A stretch of DNA of 64,000 nucleotides from Verrucomicrobiia bacterium (GCA_019694135.1 JAIBCM010000003.1:198626-262625); one strand, 5' to 3'; shown: positions 11,013-21,746, counted from the stretch's first letter. Made by a program: numbers and translations. The notes: a model not told the origin generated them from the sequence alone.

Positions 11013-11944
11013 AAGCCCCATTGAGTGATAAGAAAAGTGGTAGGCTCTTCCGGAAAAATTTCGTCCGAAGCGTCCATTGCAGGCACCAAAACAAATTCGC
11101 CTTTTTGCAAAATTTCATTCCCCCATCGCGCTCTTCCTTCAACCACAAAAATCAATTGAAAAGTGCTCGGATCATTTTTCCATAAAAATGGCGTAGCGAA
11201 TTTTTGTTGTTTCAAAGAAAAAAAGGGTGTGATCAATGGATTTTTTTCAAGCAAAGCATGTGGCGACATTTCTTTTCCTCGCCAAATAATGGATTTTAGC
11301 GCTTCATTAGAGTGTAACGATCGCAATTTTCTCTGAGCATCAACCCGATCCCAATCATGCAACCGATAAGTCGTATCGGCATTTTGTTGCACTTCAACAA
11401 TCAAATTTCCTCCTCCAATCGCATGCAAACAACCGGCTGGGATAAATGCCACTTCGCCAGGTTGTGGATGATACCGATTCAATTGATCAATCACAGTATG
11501 ATTCCTAATTGCTTGAGTAAGTGAAGACTCAGTCACACCCTCTTTGACTCCTAAAAAAATTTCAGCATTGGGCTGTGCTTCCACAAAATACCAAGCTTCC
11601 GTTTTCGATTCACTATTCAATTCTTTCGCGATTTGCGCCGGAGGATGCACTTGCAAAGAAAGTTTATCTTGGGCATCTAAAATTTTAATTAAAAGAGGAA
11701 ATCGATCAACATCAGGAGCTTGAGTTCCAAAAATTTTTTCTCGTTCATGGATCCAAAGTTCATGCAATGTTTTCCCTTGATAAGGAGCACTTGTGACCAC
11801 ACTTTGCGCTTCTTTACGGTCCACTAACTCCCAAGATTCCCCAATAACAAGAGCAGGCGGTAAGGGTCGACCATATAAAGTCTCAATTTTTCTACCGCCC
11901 CACACCCTTTCCAAATAAATCGGTTGGAAACGGATAAGAGACAT
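11009..11944 (-). CDS. manA: Mannose-6-phosphate isomerase, class I
   Basis: Cupin-type PMI signature (LSLQVHPP, HAIGGGNLIVEVQQNADTTYRLHDWDR). Confidence 0.75.
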   Translation of the reverse strand: MSLIRFQPIYLERVWGGRKIETLYGRPLPPALVIGESWELVDRKEAQSVVTSAPYQGKTLHELWIHEREKIFGTQAPDVDRFPLLIKILDAQDKLSLQVHPPAQIAKELNSESKTEAWYFVEAQPNAEIFLGVKEGVTESSLTQAIRNHTVIDQLNRYHPQPGEVAFIPAGCLHAIGGGNLIVEVQQNADTTYRLHDWDRVDAQRKLRSLHSNEALKSIIWRGKEMSPHALLEKNPLITPFFSLKQQKFATPFLWKNDPSTFQLIFVVEGRARWGNEILQKGEFVLVPAMDASDEIFPEEPTTFLITQWGF

Positions 11945-11956
11945 GGCTCAAGTTAG

Positions 11957-12002
11957 AATTATGAATTATGAATTAAAAAGTTAATTTTCATAATTCATAA
12001 TT
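11957..12002. repeat. AT-rich inverted repeat (16-bp arms, about 14-nt spacer) between aminotransferase stop and manA start
   Basis: aattatgaattatgaa ... ttcataattcataatt read directly from sequence; possible terminator or operator. Confidence 0.5.
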
Positions 12003-12007
12003 TTAAT

Positions 12008-13174
12008 TTACTTCAAAGATTGGCAAAAGCGCGAGAATCGTTCCAAGCCCGATTCAATTTGTTCCAGGCTGGCCGCATAACTTAAGCGCACCGTGTTATC
12101 ATCCCCAAAAGCAATACCAGGCACAACGGCAACTTTATGTTTTTCCAAAAGTTTTTCAGCAAACTCTTGAGAACCTAAACGAAATTGAGAAATGTCTGGC
12201 AAGACATAAAAAGCGCCTTGCGGTTCTGTTACTTTAACACCTGAAATCCCGCGCAACAACTCCACCATACGTTGGCGCCGTGTATCAAATTCATCTCGCA
12301 TATGCGCCACACAATCTTGAGGACCACGCAAAGCGGCTAAAGCCCCTTTTTGAGCAAACGAAGTCGGATGCGAAGTGCTATGACTTTGTAAACTATCAAT
12401 CGCAGCGGCAATGTGTTCCGGAGCCGCAACATAACCCAAACGCCACCCTGTCATCGCATAAGCTTTGCTAAAGCCATTGACCGTAAGCGTCATATCATAA
12501 ATACCCTTACTGAAACTCGCAATACTCACCGCTTTAGCATCGCCATAAATTAATTTTTCGTAAATTTCGTCACTTAAAATATAAATTTCTTCTTCCAAAG
12601 CAATTTCTGCCAACTCCACTAACTCCGCCTCGGTGTAAACCGAACCGGTAGGATTACCTGGCGAGTTAAGGATCACCATCTTAGTGCCAGGAGAAATATT
12701 TTCACGAAACAATTCTGGCGTTAATTTATAACCATTTTCCGCTGTAGTAGGCACAATATAAGGTTCACCCCCAGCAATTCTCACCATTTCCGGATAACTC
12801 AACCAATAAGGCGCTGGAATTAAAACTTCGTCACCTTCATTCAACACTGCCATCATGGCATTGAAACAGGAATGTTTTGCCCCACAATTAACAATGATTT
12901 GCGAAGGTTTGTAATCCAAACCATTATCCTCTTTTAACTTATCGGCAATTGCCTGACGCAACTCTGGAATTCCAGAAGAAGGTGTATATTTAGTAAAACC
13001 CGCTTCCAAAGCGCCCATAGCAGCCGCTTTGATATGTTCAGGCGTATCAAAATCCGGTTCGCCTGCGGCAAAACTTAACACATCTTCTCCGGCAGCCTTT
13101 AATTGCTTAGCTTTCGCATCGATCGCTAAAGTCTGTGATGGAGTCACTTCTTGAATTCGTTTGGCAACTTGCAT
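12008..13174 (-). CDS. Class I pyridoxal-phosphate aminotransferase (aspartate aminotransferase-like)
   Basis: SFSKAYAMTGWRLGY-type PLP-lysine block, GEPDFDTP near N-terminus. ORF track extends to 13342, but Met 57 (MQVAKRIQEVTPSQT) matches typical AspAT N-termini, so start set at 13174. Confidence 0.8.
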   Translation of the reverse strand: MQVAKRIQEVTPSQTLAIDAKAKQLKAAGEDVLSFAAGEPDFDTPEHIKAAAMGALEAGFTKYTPSSGIPELRQAIADKLKEDNGLDYKPSQIIVNCGAKHSCFNAMMAVLNEGDEVLIPAPYWLSYPEMVRIAGGEPYIVPTTAENGYKLTPELFRENISPGTKMVILNSPGNPTGSVYTEAELVELAEIALEEEIYILSDEIYEKLIYGDAKAVSIASFSKGIYDMTLTVNGFSKAYAMTGWRLGYVAAPEHIAAAIDSLQSHSTSHPTSFAQKGALAALRGPQDCVAHMRDEFDTRRQRMVELLRGISGVKVTEPQGAFYVLPDISQFRLGSQEFAEKLLEKHKVAVVPGIAFGDDNTVRLSYAASLEQIESGLERFSRFCQSLK

Positions 13175-13372
13175 GCAATTTTCCTTATCTACTAACATTT
13201 TCTTACCTTTTATTTCGTTTCTTTCAAAGTTGGCGAGCCTAAGCAGCCCCAGAGTAATCGTCAACGAAAAAGCCACACTCCCATTGGCATCATATTTTTG
13301 ATTGATGACAAAAGCAGGAGAAACACTGGACAAAAGAAACACTTTCTCACACCCTTCGCTCTTATTTTAAAA

Positions 13373-14047
13373 ATGAAAAATATGAAAAATTGGGGAGTTA
13401 TCTTTGATTGGGACGGAGTCATCGTAGACTCTTCGCGCCTACATGAGAAAAGCTGGGAAATTTTAGCCAAACAACTCAACCTGATTTTACCTGAAGGCCA
13501 CTTCAAAAAGGGTTTTGGCATGAAAAATGATTATATCATTCCCAACATCTTAAAATGGGCTTCGGAGAAGGAATCCATTCAACAATTAGCAGATCGTAAA
13601 GAAGCACTTTATCGTGAACTCGTGCGTGACGAAAAAATTGAGTTATTGCCAGGAGTTCGTTCTTTGTTGGAATCTCTAGCTCGCCACGAAATTCCTCGCA
13701 CCATTGGTTCGTCCACTTGCCTAGCCAATATCCAAGTTGTATTAGAATGCACGGAGATTGCCCATTTTTTTGATAATATTGTTTCAGCCGAACAGGTCGC
13801 ACAAGGCAAACCGCATCCTGAAGTTTTTTTAAAAGCCGCCCAACGCTTAAACCTTATCCCGCAACAATGTTTAGTCATCGAAGACACACAAGTCGGATTA
13901 CAAGCAGCACAAGCTGCGCACATGTTTGCTTTAGGTGTAGCCACCACGCATCCTGCAGAAACATTAACTCAAGCCGATCGCGTCGTAGATAACCTGACAG
14001 TCGTCTCAGTCGAAGAGTTAGAGCAATGGGTCACAGACGCGCTTTAA
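13373..14047 (+). CDS. HAD-superfamily hydrolase (beta-phosphoglucomutase-like)
   Basis: HAD motif [11 protein letters not shown] near N-terminus; ORF track begins at 13298 but the Met just upstream of the motif is the likelier start. Confidence 0.7.
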   Translation: MKNMKNWGVIFDWDGVIVDSSRLHEKSWEILAKQLNLILPEGHFKKGFGMKNDYIIPNILKWASEKESIQQLADRKEALYRELVRDEKIELLPGVRSLLESLARHEIPRTIGSSTCLANIQVVLECTEIAHFFDNIVSAEQVAQGKPHPEVFLKAAQRLNLIPQQCLVIEDTQVGLQAAQAAHMFALGVATTHPAETLTQADRVVDNLTVVSVEELEQWVTDAL

Positions 14048-14963
14048 ACCATTCGATCGTTTTTTGAAGACCCTCTTCCAACTTCACTTTAGGTTCCCAA
14101 CTTAAAATCTTTTTTGCTCGAGAAATATCGGGACGCCGTTGTTTAGGATCATCTACTGGCAAAGGTTTATAAATAATCTGACTTTTGGCTCCAGTGATTT
14201 TAATGATTCTTTCCGCAAACTCCTTCACCGTTAACTCAATCGGATTACCAATATTTACCGGCTCATGAAAATCAGATTGCGACAAACGATAAATGCCATC
14301 AATCAAATCGGAAACATAACAAAAACTCCGAGTTTGACTCCCATCACCAAATACTGTTAACGATTCATTGCGTAACGCTTGACTTACAAAAGCCGGCACC
14401 ACACGACCATCGCGCAAACGCATGCGAGGGCCGTAAGTGTTAAAAATACGAACAATATGCGTGTTCACCTTATGATAGCGATGATAAGCCATCGTCATTG
14501 CCTCAGCAAAACGCTTCGCTTCATCATAAACGCCGCGCGGGCCGATTGGGTTCACATTACCCCAATAATCTTCCGATTGCGGATGCACCAAAGGATCTCC
14601 GTAACATTCCGAAGTCGACGCCAAAATAAAACTCGCCTTCTTGGCTGCAGCCAAACCTAATGCTTTATGCGTGCCCATCGCCCCCACTTTCAAAGTTTGG
14701 ATCGGTAATTCCAGATAATCAATCGGACTCGCTGGTGAAGCAAAATGAAAAACAAAATTTACCTCGCCTGGAATATAAAGATATTCCGTGACATCCTGCT
14801 TAATAAATTTAAAGCGTTCGTTTCCTGCAAGATGTTCGATATTAGCCACATTCCCAGTAAGCAAATTATCCAAACCAATCACCGTATGACCTTCGGCTAA
14901 CAATCGATCGGATAAATGTGATCCTAAAAAACCCGCAGCTCCTGTAACAACACTTATTGGCAT
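14031..14963 (-). CDS. UDP-glucuronate decarboxylase (NAD-dependent epimerase/dehydratase family)
   Basis: N-terminal [12 protein letters not shown]ossmann motif, YDEAKR catalytic block, overall UXS-like length. Confidence 0.8.
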   Translation of the reverse strand: MPISVVTGAAGFLGSHLSDRLLAEGHTVIGLDNLLTGNVANIEHLAGNERFKFIKQDVTEYLYIPGEVNFVFHFASPASPIDYLELPIQTLKVGAMGTHKALGLAAAKKASFILASTSECYGDPLVHPQSEDYWGNVNPIGPRGVYDEAKRFAEAMTMAYHRYHKVNTHIVRIFNTYGPRMRLRDGRVVPAFVSQALRNESLTVFGDGSQTRSFCYVSDLIDGIYRLSQSDFHEPVNIGNPIELTVKEFAERIIKITGAKSQIIYKPLPVDDPKQRRPDISRAKKILSWEPKVKLEEGLQKTIEWFKARL

Positions 14964-15007
14964 GCAATCGGTGTAACGAAATTAATACGAAAGTCGAGCG
15001 TGAGAAT

Positions 15008-15808
15008 TTAATTGTTTCGAAACGGCCTGCCAAATGCCACAAACCGTCCTTGCACCCGATTCCATTTCGAACCATAACCACCGAAAGGTTGATTCGGATC
15101 AAACTCATAAAGATCAGGCCCCCCGCGCTTCGCAGTCAAAAAACCGCGCGCACTGGATTGAGATCCGCCTACGATCGCTTTACCTTCACGATCTCGACCC
15201 AAATACACCATCACATGCGTAATGGGAGGATAACGCTCAGGACGGTAAGTATTCTCCCAAAACAAAAGATCACCCACTTGCAAATAGCGAAACAAAGACT
15301 CTTCATCCACATGTCCACCTTTACGAGGGGCAGCCCAAGTGCGATTGCGCAAACGTAAAAAATGATATTGATCCGAGGCTGTGCGTCCCAAATCTAAACT
15401 CACCACTTTTTGGTAAAGATAACGCGTCGTATTGGAACAATCCATCACCCAATTTTGCGGCAATCCCGGAGGTCGCCATAAACCTCGATAACCTACCCCC
15501 GCTGCCGCGATCCGTTTAATTTCATCAATAAATTTCTGTTGCAGTCCTCGCCAAAAAGAAGGCGCGACAGCTTGTTGTTTCATTTTTTGTTCTAAAACCG
15601 CTTTTTGCAAAGATTCATTGAAAGATGATAAACGAGCCGTTACCACATTAGTTGTTCGAACTATTTCTGGTTCACCCATCGCATCCAATGCTGGCTCATC
15701 CAAGGAACGCGCTTGAAGCGAACTTAAAGAAAGAGAAAAAAGAGATAAAATAAAAATCAGCCAAGCGCTTATCCTTAGCGCCCAAACGATATTGATCTCA
15801 ATCTTCAT
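15008..15808 (-). CDS. NlpC/P60 (C40) family peptidase, secreted
   Basis: Signal peptide; Cys in DCSNTTRY and downstream His in THVMVYLG, spacing consistent with NlpC/P60 catalytic pair. Confidence 0.55.
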   Translation of the reverse strand: MKIEINIVWALRISAWLIFILSLFSLSLSSLQARSLDEPALDAMGEPEIVRTTNVVTARLSSFNESLQKAVLEQKMKQQAVAPSFWRGLQQKFIDEIKRIAAAGVGYRGLWRPPGLPQNWVMDCSNTTRYLYQKVVSLDLGRTASDQYHFLRLRNRTWAAPRKGGHVDEESLFRYLQVGDLLFWENTYRPERYPPITHVMVYLGRDREGKAIVGGSQSSARGFLTAKRGGPDLYEFDPNQPFGGYGSKWNRVQGRFVAFGRPFRNN

Positions 15809-16953
15809 AATCGATTATTACCGTCTTGAAATCCGCTCAAAACAGAAAATGGTTCCAAGACATTCTTTGTCTGACATAATAACTTAAAATTCGCGCCCAT
15901 CAAGCCTGGATGCATTAAAGTTTGAAAAGCTCTAATCCAACTTTTAGAAGACGAATCTGCTAATTTTCCCTCCATTTTTAATAACTCTTCTTTTGCTAAT
16001 CCGATTAAAAAATGATGTTGATCGGTAAAACCATAAAAATCTAATCCCACCTTCTCTCCCTCCCTCTTTAACAAAGAAAAATTAACATGTGCCGTCAAAT
16101 CCTGATCCCCAACCCGTTCGCAAAAACTTTTCTGTCTTTGATGCCGATAATAAGCGCTTAACGCGCCTTCACTGCGATGCTCAGCATAATATTCTTCCTG
16201 GCTGTAACCGTAATCAATCGTTAACACAAACCCCTTTTTTATGATTCGCGCCACCTCTTTTATCCAATCTTTCACCTCCAAATTAATTTCTGTTCGATAA
16301 CCCTCAATCCTTGGCAAAGGCAACTGCTCAATTTCTTTTGTCAAAACTTCCGAAGACAAAACGCTAGCAAACTCAAAAAAACCGCGATCCTTTTCCCAAC
16401 CCACATAAATTTCTCGCCACTCCTCTTGACCCCGAACAATTCGATGCACCGGAAAAGCATCAACCAACTCATGACTAAAAAAAATGCCACAAATCGATCC
16501 CTCATCTATTTTTTTCAACGATTCCGAGTGACAAACTTTTTTTTCCAACTTTGCTTCACATAATTTTTCTCTTTGCCATTGTTGCCCCTTCTCCCAAGGC
16601 TCGATTATCCCGTAAGTTAAAGCCTCAAAAAAATCAGAAGAGAAATCTCGGCACCATCGCAAAATATCCACTGCCAACTGGCCATCATGCGCCCCCTGTT
16701 CCATAATGGTAAACCCACCCGGCTTTCCCATCGTCACCCATACCTCTCTCAATTGTTGCGCTAATAACTGTCCATACAAATGGCTTACCTGAACATTGGT
16801 AAAAAAATGGCCTTCCTTGCCCAAGGGTTGACGTATTTTACGATAAAATCCCTGATCCTCATCATACAAACAACGCTCCATGAAATTTCGAAACGTCAAA
16901 GCGCCATGCGCCAAAATATCGTTTTTTAATTTTTCCTCCAATGCCACAGACAT
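15805..16953 (-). CDS. SAM-dependent methyltransferase, MidA/DUF185 family
   Basis: Translation resembles the MidA-type family; stop overlaps downstream gene start by 4 nt. Confidence 0.6.
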   Translation of the reverse strand: MSVALEEKLKNDILAHGALTFRNFMERCLYDEDQGFYRKIRQPLGKEGHFFTNVQVSHLYGQLLAQQLREVWVTMGKPGGFTIMEQGAHDGQLAVDILRWCRDFSSDFFEALTYGIIEPWEKGQQWQREKLCEAKLEKKVCHSESLKKIDEGSICGIFFSHELVDAFPVHRIVRGQEEWREIYVGWEKDRGFFEFASVLSSEVLTKEIEQLPLPRIEGYRTEINLEVKDWIKEVARIIKKGFVLTIDYGYSQEEYYAEHRSEGALSAYYRHQRQKSFCERVGDQDLTAHVNFSLLKREGEKVGLDFYGFTDQHHFLIGLAKEELLKMEGKLADSSSKSWIRAFQTLMHPGLMGANFKLLCQTKNVLEPFSVLSGFQDGNNRL

Positions 16954-17111
16954 ATATTAGCAAAACTAATCCACTTATAGAAATTTAGTCAAATAACTCA
17001 AAATAAATTACTTACAATATAAATTGAGCTTTTCATTAAAAATCCTCTTATCACCTTCGCTTTACACATCTCTTCTCAACCCTTATATTTATTCTATCAG
17101 AACCTAACTAT

Positions 17112-18104
17112 TTGCTCAAACCTAGTTTCATGCCAGAAACCACACTTCACTTTGAAAACCCTAGAGCTTTACAACTGCTCTACGCCAACAATCCAGCCAA
17201 TTTACAACAACTCGAAGAAAAATTGGATCTGAAACTTACGACTCGTGAGGGATGGATTAAGCTTAAGGGTAAAACTCCCCAAATCGAAAAAGCCAAACAC
17301 CTCTTTGAAAGTCTACACGCCGCCCGAGAGCATGGCATTCCCATTCGTCAACATGAATTTCAATATGCTCTCAACCTAATCAATCAAGGCAAAGGCGAGC
17401 AACTGGAAAAATTATATCATCAACCCATTGCCCTTTCCCCTAAAAACCCACCTATCGTGCCCAAAACACTTGGCCAAAGCCGCTACCTCGATCTCATTCG
17501 CCAATGCGATGTCACGCTCGGCATCGGCCCCGCAGGCACCGGCAAAACCTACCTCGCCGTCGCCATGGCCGTCGCCGCTTTAAAAGCAAACCAAGTGCAT
17601 CGCATTATTCTTACTCGCCCCGCCGTGGAAGCGGGCGAATCACTGGGCTTTTTACCCGGCGATCTTAAAGAAAAATTACTCCCCTACCTGCGCCCCTTAT
17701 ACGACGCGCTCAACGACATGTTAGAGCCCGAAGAAGTGGAACGCTACATTGAACGCAACACCATCGAAATCGCTCCATTGGCTTACATGCGAGGTCGCAC
17801 TCTAGCTAACGCTTTCATCATCCTCGATGAAGGCCAAAACGCAACCACCGAACAGATGTTTATGTTCCTCACACGACTTGGCCCTGATTCGAAATGCGTC
17901 GTCACAGGCGACCCTACCCAAATCGACCTTCCGCGCGCACGCAAATCCGGTCTAATCGAAGCCGTTGAAGCCCTCTCCAACACTCCAGGAATTGGACTAC
18001 ACGCTTTTAACGAAACTGATGTTATCCGTCATCCTATCGTGCAAAAAATAATAAACGCCTATCGCTCTCATCGTGGGGAAAAGAATACACCTCTCAACTT
18101 TTAA
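17112..18104 (+). CDS. phoH: PhoH-family ATPase
   Basis: Walker A GIGPAGTGKTYLAVAMAV and PhoH-like body. Confidence 0.9.
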   Translation: MLKPSFMPETTLHFENPRALQLLYANNPANLQQLEEKLDLKLTTREGWIKLKGKTPQIEKAKHLFESLHAAREHGIPIRQHEFQYALNLINQGKGEQLEKLYHQPIALSPKNPPIVPKTLGQSRYLDLIRQCDVTLGIGPAGTGKTYLAVAMAVAALKANQVHRIILTRPAVEAGESLGFLPGDLKEKLLPYLRPLYDALNDMLEPEEVERYIERNTIEIAPLAYMRGRTLANAFIILDEGQNATTEQMFMFLTRLGPDSKCVVTGDPTQIDLPRARKSGLIEAVEALSNTPGIGLHAFNETDVIRHPIVQKIINAYRSHRGEKNTPLNF

Positions 18105-18109
18105 ATGTT

Positions 18110-19801
18110 ATGTGGCGATTGTGGAAACGTCGTAATCTGGTCAAAGAAGGATTAGCCTGCGAAAAACAACGGCGTAATGCTGAAGTCGCCACATGGCGCG
18201 AAACTTTAGAAACTTCCTGGGGCAGCAAAATTTTTCTAATTTTATTAATCGGCGCAGCTCTTGCCGCTTTAAATTTATGGGGCAACGAAACCGCTCAAAA
18301 TAAATTTTTCACAATGATTTTGATTGAAGCCATCTACGCCATTTCGATTGTTCTCCTTTATCTGCTCCATCCCAAAACACTACGGCGCCACTCCCGTTTT
18401 CTCCTGCTCTATGGAGCAGTTTTAACTAATTTATTGCTAGCAAAAATCATCGGCTCCTTTGCTGAAGATGTCGACGTCTCCTTCAAACGTTTTCCTTTTA
18501 TCTACATGATTCCTTCAGCTTTTGCGCCCATGCTCATTTCCACACTTTTAGGAGTCAGATTAGGCGTAGTAACTGTGCTATTTACCAGCCTTTTTGAAGC
18601 CATCCTCCTTTCCAAAAACTTTACCTTTCTGCTCGTCGTCAGCCTCCTAACCGGATTGATCGCCGTGCTTTTAACGCGAAACATTCGCAAACGCGGTCAT
18701 CTCATTCGCGCGGGTCTTTACGTGGGATTAACCGGTTTTATTTGTTCCTTATGCTTTGGCTTATTACTTGGCCAAAAATATCCCATCCTCCTCAATCAAG
18801 CCATGTGGGCCGCTGCGACAGGTGTCATGACTGGCGTGCTCGTCAATATGCTTTTACCCATTTTAGAAGCGCTTTTTAGCATCACCACCAATCTTTCCTG
18901 GCTCGAAATGGCCGACCTCAACCATCCTCTCCTTCGACGCCTAACCTTGGAAGCTCCTGGCACCTATCATCATAGTTTACTTGTGGCTAATCTCGCAGAA
19001 GCCGCGGCTCAAGCAGTCGGCGCTAACGCCTTGCAATGTCGCGTCTCCTCCTATTTTCATGATGTCGGAAAAGTAGTGAAACCAGAATATTTTACTGAAA
19101 ATCAACCCTTCGATCACAATCCCCATGACGATCTGAGCCCTACTATGAGCACTTTAATCGTTATGGCTCACGTCAAAGAAGGCATTGACCTCGCTTTCAA
19201 ATACAAACTTCCTGAACCCATCATCGAAGCCATCCGTGAACATCATGGCACCACTTTAGTCAGCTATTTTCATGCGCGCGCCTTACGCCAACACCAAGAC
19301 GCTTTAGTCGGTGTGCAAATCATGAACCTACGCGAAGAAGACCTGCCCGACGTTGCGGAAGAAACATTTCGCTATCCCGGGCCTAAACCGCAATCGCGCG
19401 AAACCGCCATTCTCATGATTGCTGATTCGGTAGAAGCTTCATCACGCGCTCTATACCGTCCTACCCCCAAACAAATCGAAGAACTCGTTCATTCTATCAT
19501 ACAAGAAAAAGCACAAGACGGGCAATTTGACGAATGCCATCTCTCCTTCAAAGACCTCGAAACCATCGAACAAACCCTCACCTTCACTCTCAAAACTATG
19601 CTCCACTCTCGCATCGCTTATCCCAAGGAAGAAAGAAAGGGAGAAGGAAAGAGAGAAACAAAAGAAGAGGAAAAAGAAAAAGCCCCAAAAGATGAAAAAC
19701 AAAATTCTTCTGTTCAACCAACAAAAACAATTTCGTCTACCACTCAAAGCTCTTCAACGACAACTACAACACCTAGCGAAAAAAGAACCCCTGCCTCATA
19801 A
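18110..19801 (+). CDS. 7TM-receptor-linked HD-domain phosphohydrolase (YqfF-like)
   Basis: Multiple N-terminal TM helices, then HD/HDIG domain (HHSLLVANLAEAAA...HDVGK); low-complexity Lys/Glu/Ser/Thr C-terminal tail. Confidence 0.8.
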   Translation: MWRLWKRRNLVKEGLACEKQRRNAEVATWRETLETSWGSKIFLILLIGAALAALNLWGNETAQNKFFTMILIEAIYAISIVLLYLLHPKTLRRHSRFLLLYGAVLTNLLLAKIIGSFAEDVDVSFKRFPFIYMIPSAFAPMLISTLLGVRLGVVTVLFTSLFEAILLSKNFTFLLVVSLLTGLIAVLLTRNIRKRGHLIRAGLYVGLTGFICSLCFGLLLGQKYPILLNQAMWAAATGVMTGVLVNMLLPILEALFSITTNLSWLEMADLNHPLLRRLTLEAPGTYHHSLLVANLAEAAAQAVGANALQCRVSSYFHDVGKVVKPEYFTENQPFDHNPHDDLSPTMSTLIVMAHVKEGIDLAFKYKLPEPIIEAIREHHGTTLVSYFHARALRQHQDALVGVQIMNLREEDLPDVAEETFRYPGPKPQSRETAILMIADSVEASSRALYRPTPKQIEELVHSIIQEKAQDGQFDECHLSFKDLETIEQTLTFTLKTMLHSRIAYPKEERKGEGKRETKEEEKEKAPKDEKQNSSVQPTKTISSTTQSSSTTTTTPSEKRTPAS

Positions 19802-20099
19802 AGAAATCTCTTTCATTTTTCTTAATCCTCAAGCGATGGCAACCTTGAATCAACGCTACCTCAACCATCGCGGCGCTACCGACGTTATCACCTTTCAACA
19901 CGGCGAAATTTTTATCTGTCCGGCCATTGCTAAACGACAGAGTCAACAACGCAACCTACCCTTTGCTAAAGAACTGTTGCTTTACGCTATTCATGGTTGG
20001 CTTCATCTACGTGGGTTTAATGATAAAACCGTCGCCCAAGCCAAACGCATGGAACAACAGCAGCAAAAGTTGCTCGACCAACTTTATTCTTCATCATGA
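19692..20099 (+). CDS. ybeY: rRNA maturation endoribonuclease YbeY
   Basis: EISFIFLN...TDVITFQ and HGWLHLRGFND metal-binding motif; ORF track starts at 19527, start chosen at Met 56 (MKNKILLF). Overlaps tail of upstream gene. Confidence 0.8.
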   Translation: MKNKILLFNQQKQFRLPLKALQRQLQHLAKKEPLPHKEISFIFLNPQAMATLNQRYLNHRGATDVITFQHGEIFICPAIAKRQSQQRNLPFAKELLLYAIHGWLHLRGFNDKTVAQAKRMEQQQQKLLDQLYSSS

Positions 20100-20671
20100 C
20101 TCCCATAAAAACGCGCGCATTGATTTTAAAGCGCCAAAAAACAGGAGAAACCTCCTTGTTAATAACACTTTTAACCAAAGATTATGGACTAAGACAAACC
20201 CTGGCAAAAGGCGCAGCTAAACCGCCCAACCCCCTTGCCGGAATCCTTGATCTTTTTCATGAAATTGAAGTCGTCCTAACCCCTTATCGAACCAGCACAA
20301 AAACTTATCTCAAAGAAGCGCGCCTCATTCAATCTTACTCCGCTTTGCATCGTGACTATCTTAAACTGCAATTAGCCAGTTACTTTGCTCAACTTTATTT
20401 CATCTGCCTGCCGCACGCCCACCAAGCCTCAGATTTATATGAACTCATGCAAAAAGCCTACGATTATCTCGATCATCATCCCGCCTCTTTAACCCTTATG
20501 CAACGTTTTGAAATAGCGTTACTCACTCACTTGGGCCTGGCTCCCACTCCAGAAAAAGGTGCCCTTCAGTATTTTGCTAATGTCTTCGGTCAAAATTTTC
20601 ATCAAATTCCCGAAAAACGAAAAAAACTTCTTTTCACATTGCAAAAAATCGCAACAATGCCGAACCATTAG
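20096..20671 (+). CDS. recO: DNA repair protein RecO (short form)
   Basis: N-terminal OB-fold-like pattern (RALILKRQKTGETSLLITLLTKDYGLRQTLAKGAAK); 4-nt overlap with ybeY stop. Confidence 0.65.
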   Translation: MTPIKTRALILKRQKTGETSLLITLLTKDYGLRQTLAKGAAKPPNPLAGILDLFHEIEVVLTPYRTSTKTYLKEARLIQSYSALHRDYLKLQLASYFAQLYFICLPHAHQASDLYELMQKAYDYLDHHPASLTLMQRFEIALLTHLGLAPTPEKGALQYFANVFGQNFHQIPEKRKKLLFTLQKIATMPNH

Positions 20672-20695
20672 CAATAACAAAGAAAGAAAAAAATT

Positions 20696-21148
20696 ATGGA
20701 AACGAGTCTCATCTTATTAAAACCCGATTGTGTCACCAAAAAATTAACCGGAGAAATCATTCGCCGCTTTGAAACAGCTGGATTCCAAATTCGTGGCTTA
20801 AAAATGATGCGTCTCAACAACGCCATCTTAAAAGAACATTACGCGCATCTCATCGATAAACCTTTTTACCCGGAAATCGAATCCTTCATGCAATCCGCGC
20901 CAGTCGTAGCCCTAGCGCTGTCCGGCGAAAATGTCATTGCCCGCATTCGCGATCTCATCGGCCCTACCGACTCGAAAAAAGCCGCTAAAGGCACTGTTCG
21001 CGGCGATTATGGCGTCGACGTCATGGTTAACATCGTTCACGCCTCGGATTCTTTAGAAAATGCCCAACTCGAACTCAAACGTTTTTTTGCTAACAGCGAA
21101 CTCTTTGATTTCGATCCAGCAAAAGTGCCTGTTGGTTCACAACGATAA
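20696..21148 (+). CDS. ndk: Nucleoside diphosphate kinase
   Basis: LILLKPD, NIVHASDS active-site His motif, about 150 aa. Confidence 0.9.
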   Translation: METSLILLKPDCVTKKLTGEIIRRFETAGFQIRGLKMMRLNNAILKEHYAHLIDKPFYPEIESFMQSAPVVALALSGENVIARIRDLIGPTDSKKAAKGTVRGDYGVDVMVNIVHASDSLENAQLELKRFFANSELFDFDPAKVPVGSQR

Positions 21149-21267
21149 CAATAATTTCTTAACCGCAAAGGGTGCTGAGAAAAGCAGCGCTTAATAACCA
21201 AACCGGTTTTGAAACTTTTTCTTAACTGGCCACATGCTCTGTGTCTTCTGTGGCTATTCGGTTAAAA

Positions 21268-21621
21268 TTATTTCCCAGCTTTAACCGCTTTAAAAATTTC
21301 GCTAAATACTTTGGGTTCGCGCACAGCGATTTCAGCTAAAACTTTGCGATCGAGTTCAATTCCCGATTTTTTCAAAGCTTCAGCAAACCGACTGTAAGTC
21401 GCTCCGAGTTCTCGGCACAAAGCATTCAGGCGAGTAATCCATAACGCGCGAAAATTGCGTTTACGCGTTTTACGATCGCGATAAGCCCAATATTTGCCCT
21501 TCATCTGGGCATCTTTGGCATAACGAAAAAGTTTACTGCGTCTTAAACGATAGCCTTTTGAAGCTTTAAGGACGCGTTTCCTTCTCTCACGAGAAGCTGG
21601 AGCATTAGTGGCACGTGGCAT
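21268..21621 (-). CDS. rplT: 50S ribosomal protein L20
   Basis: Basic 117 aa protein, MPRA...RRKR, typical L20; position in infC-rpmI-rplT operon. Confidence 0.9.
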   Translation of the reverse strand: MPRATNAPASRERRKRVLKASKGYRLRRSKLFRYAKDAQMKGKYWAYRDRKTRKRNFRALWITRLNALCRELGATYSRFAEALKKSGIELDRKVLAEIAVREPKVFSEIFKAVKAGK

Positions 21622-21746
21622 AAGATTTACAAATTATAATTAAAAATTAAAGCTTAATGAAGTAGCACAGGCATCTTTACTGTAAAGTAAATTTAAAAAA
21701 GCTAACTAAATCATTGAACACTGATAGTTCACGGCTGATTGCTAAA

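Noticed and set aside
13261-13521. 86-aa minus-strand ORF overlapping the aminotransferase N-terminal extension and HAD hydrolase start
   Set aside because: Overlaps two better-supported genes and has no motifs; likely spurious.
19527-19691. Long N-terminal extension of the ybeY ORF (Lys/Glu/Pro-rich)
   Set aside because: Low-complexity translation of the overlapping upstream gene's region in another frame; conserved YbeY sequence begins at the internal Met, so the extension was not annotated as coding.
21196-21225. 12-bp palindrome caaaccggtttg between convergent ndk and rplT as an intrinsic terminator
   Set aside because: Stem is short with no loop and no clear T-tract on either side; not convincing enough to call.
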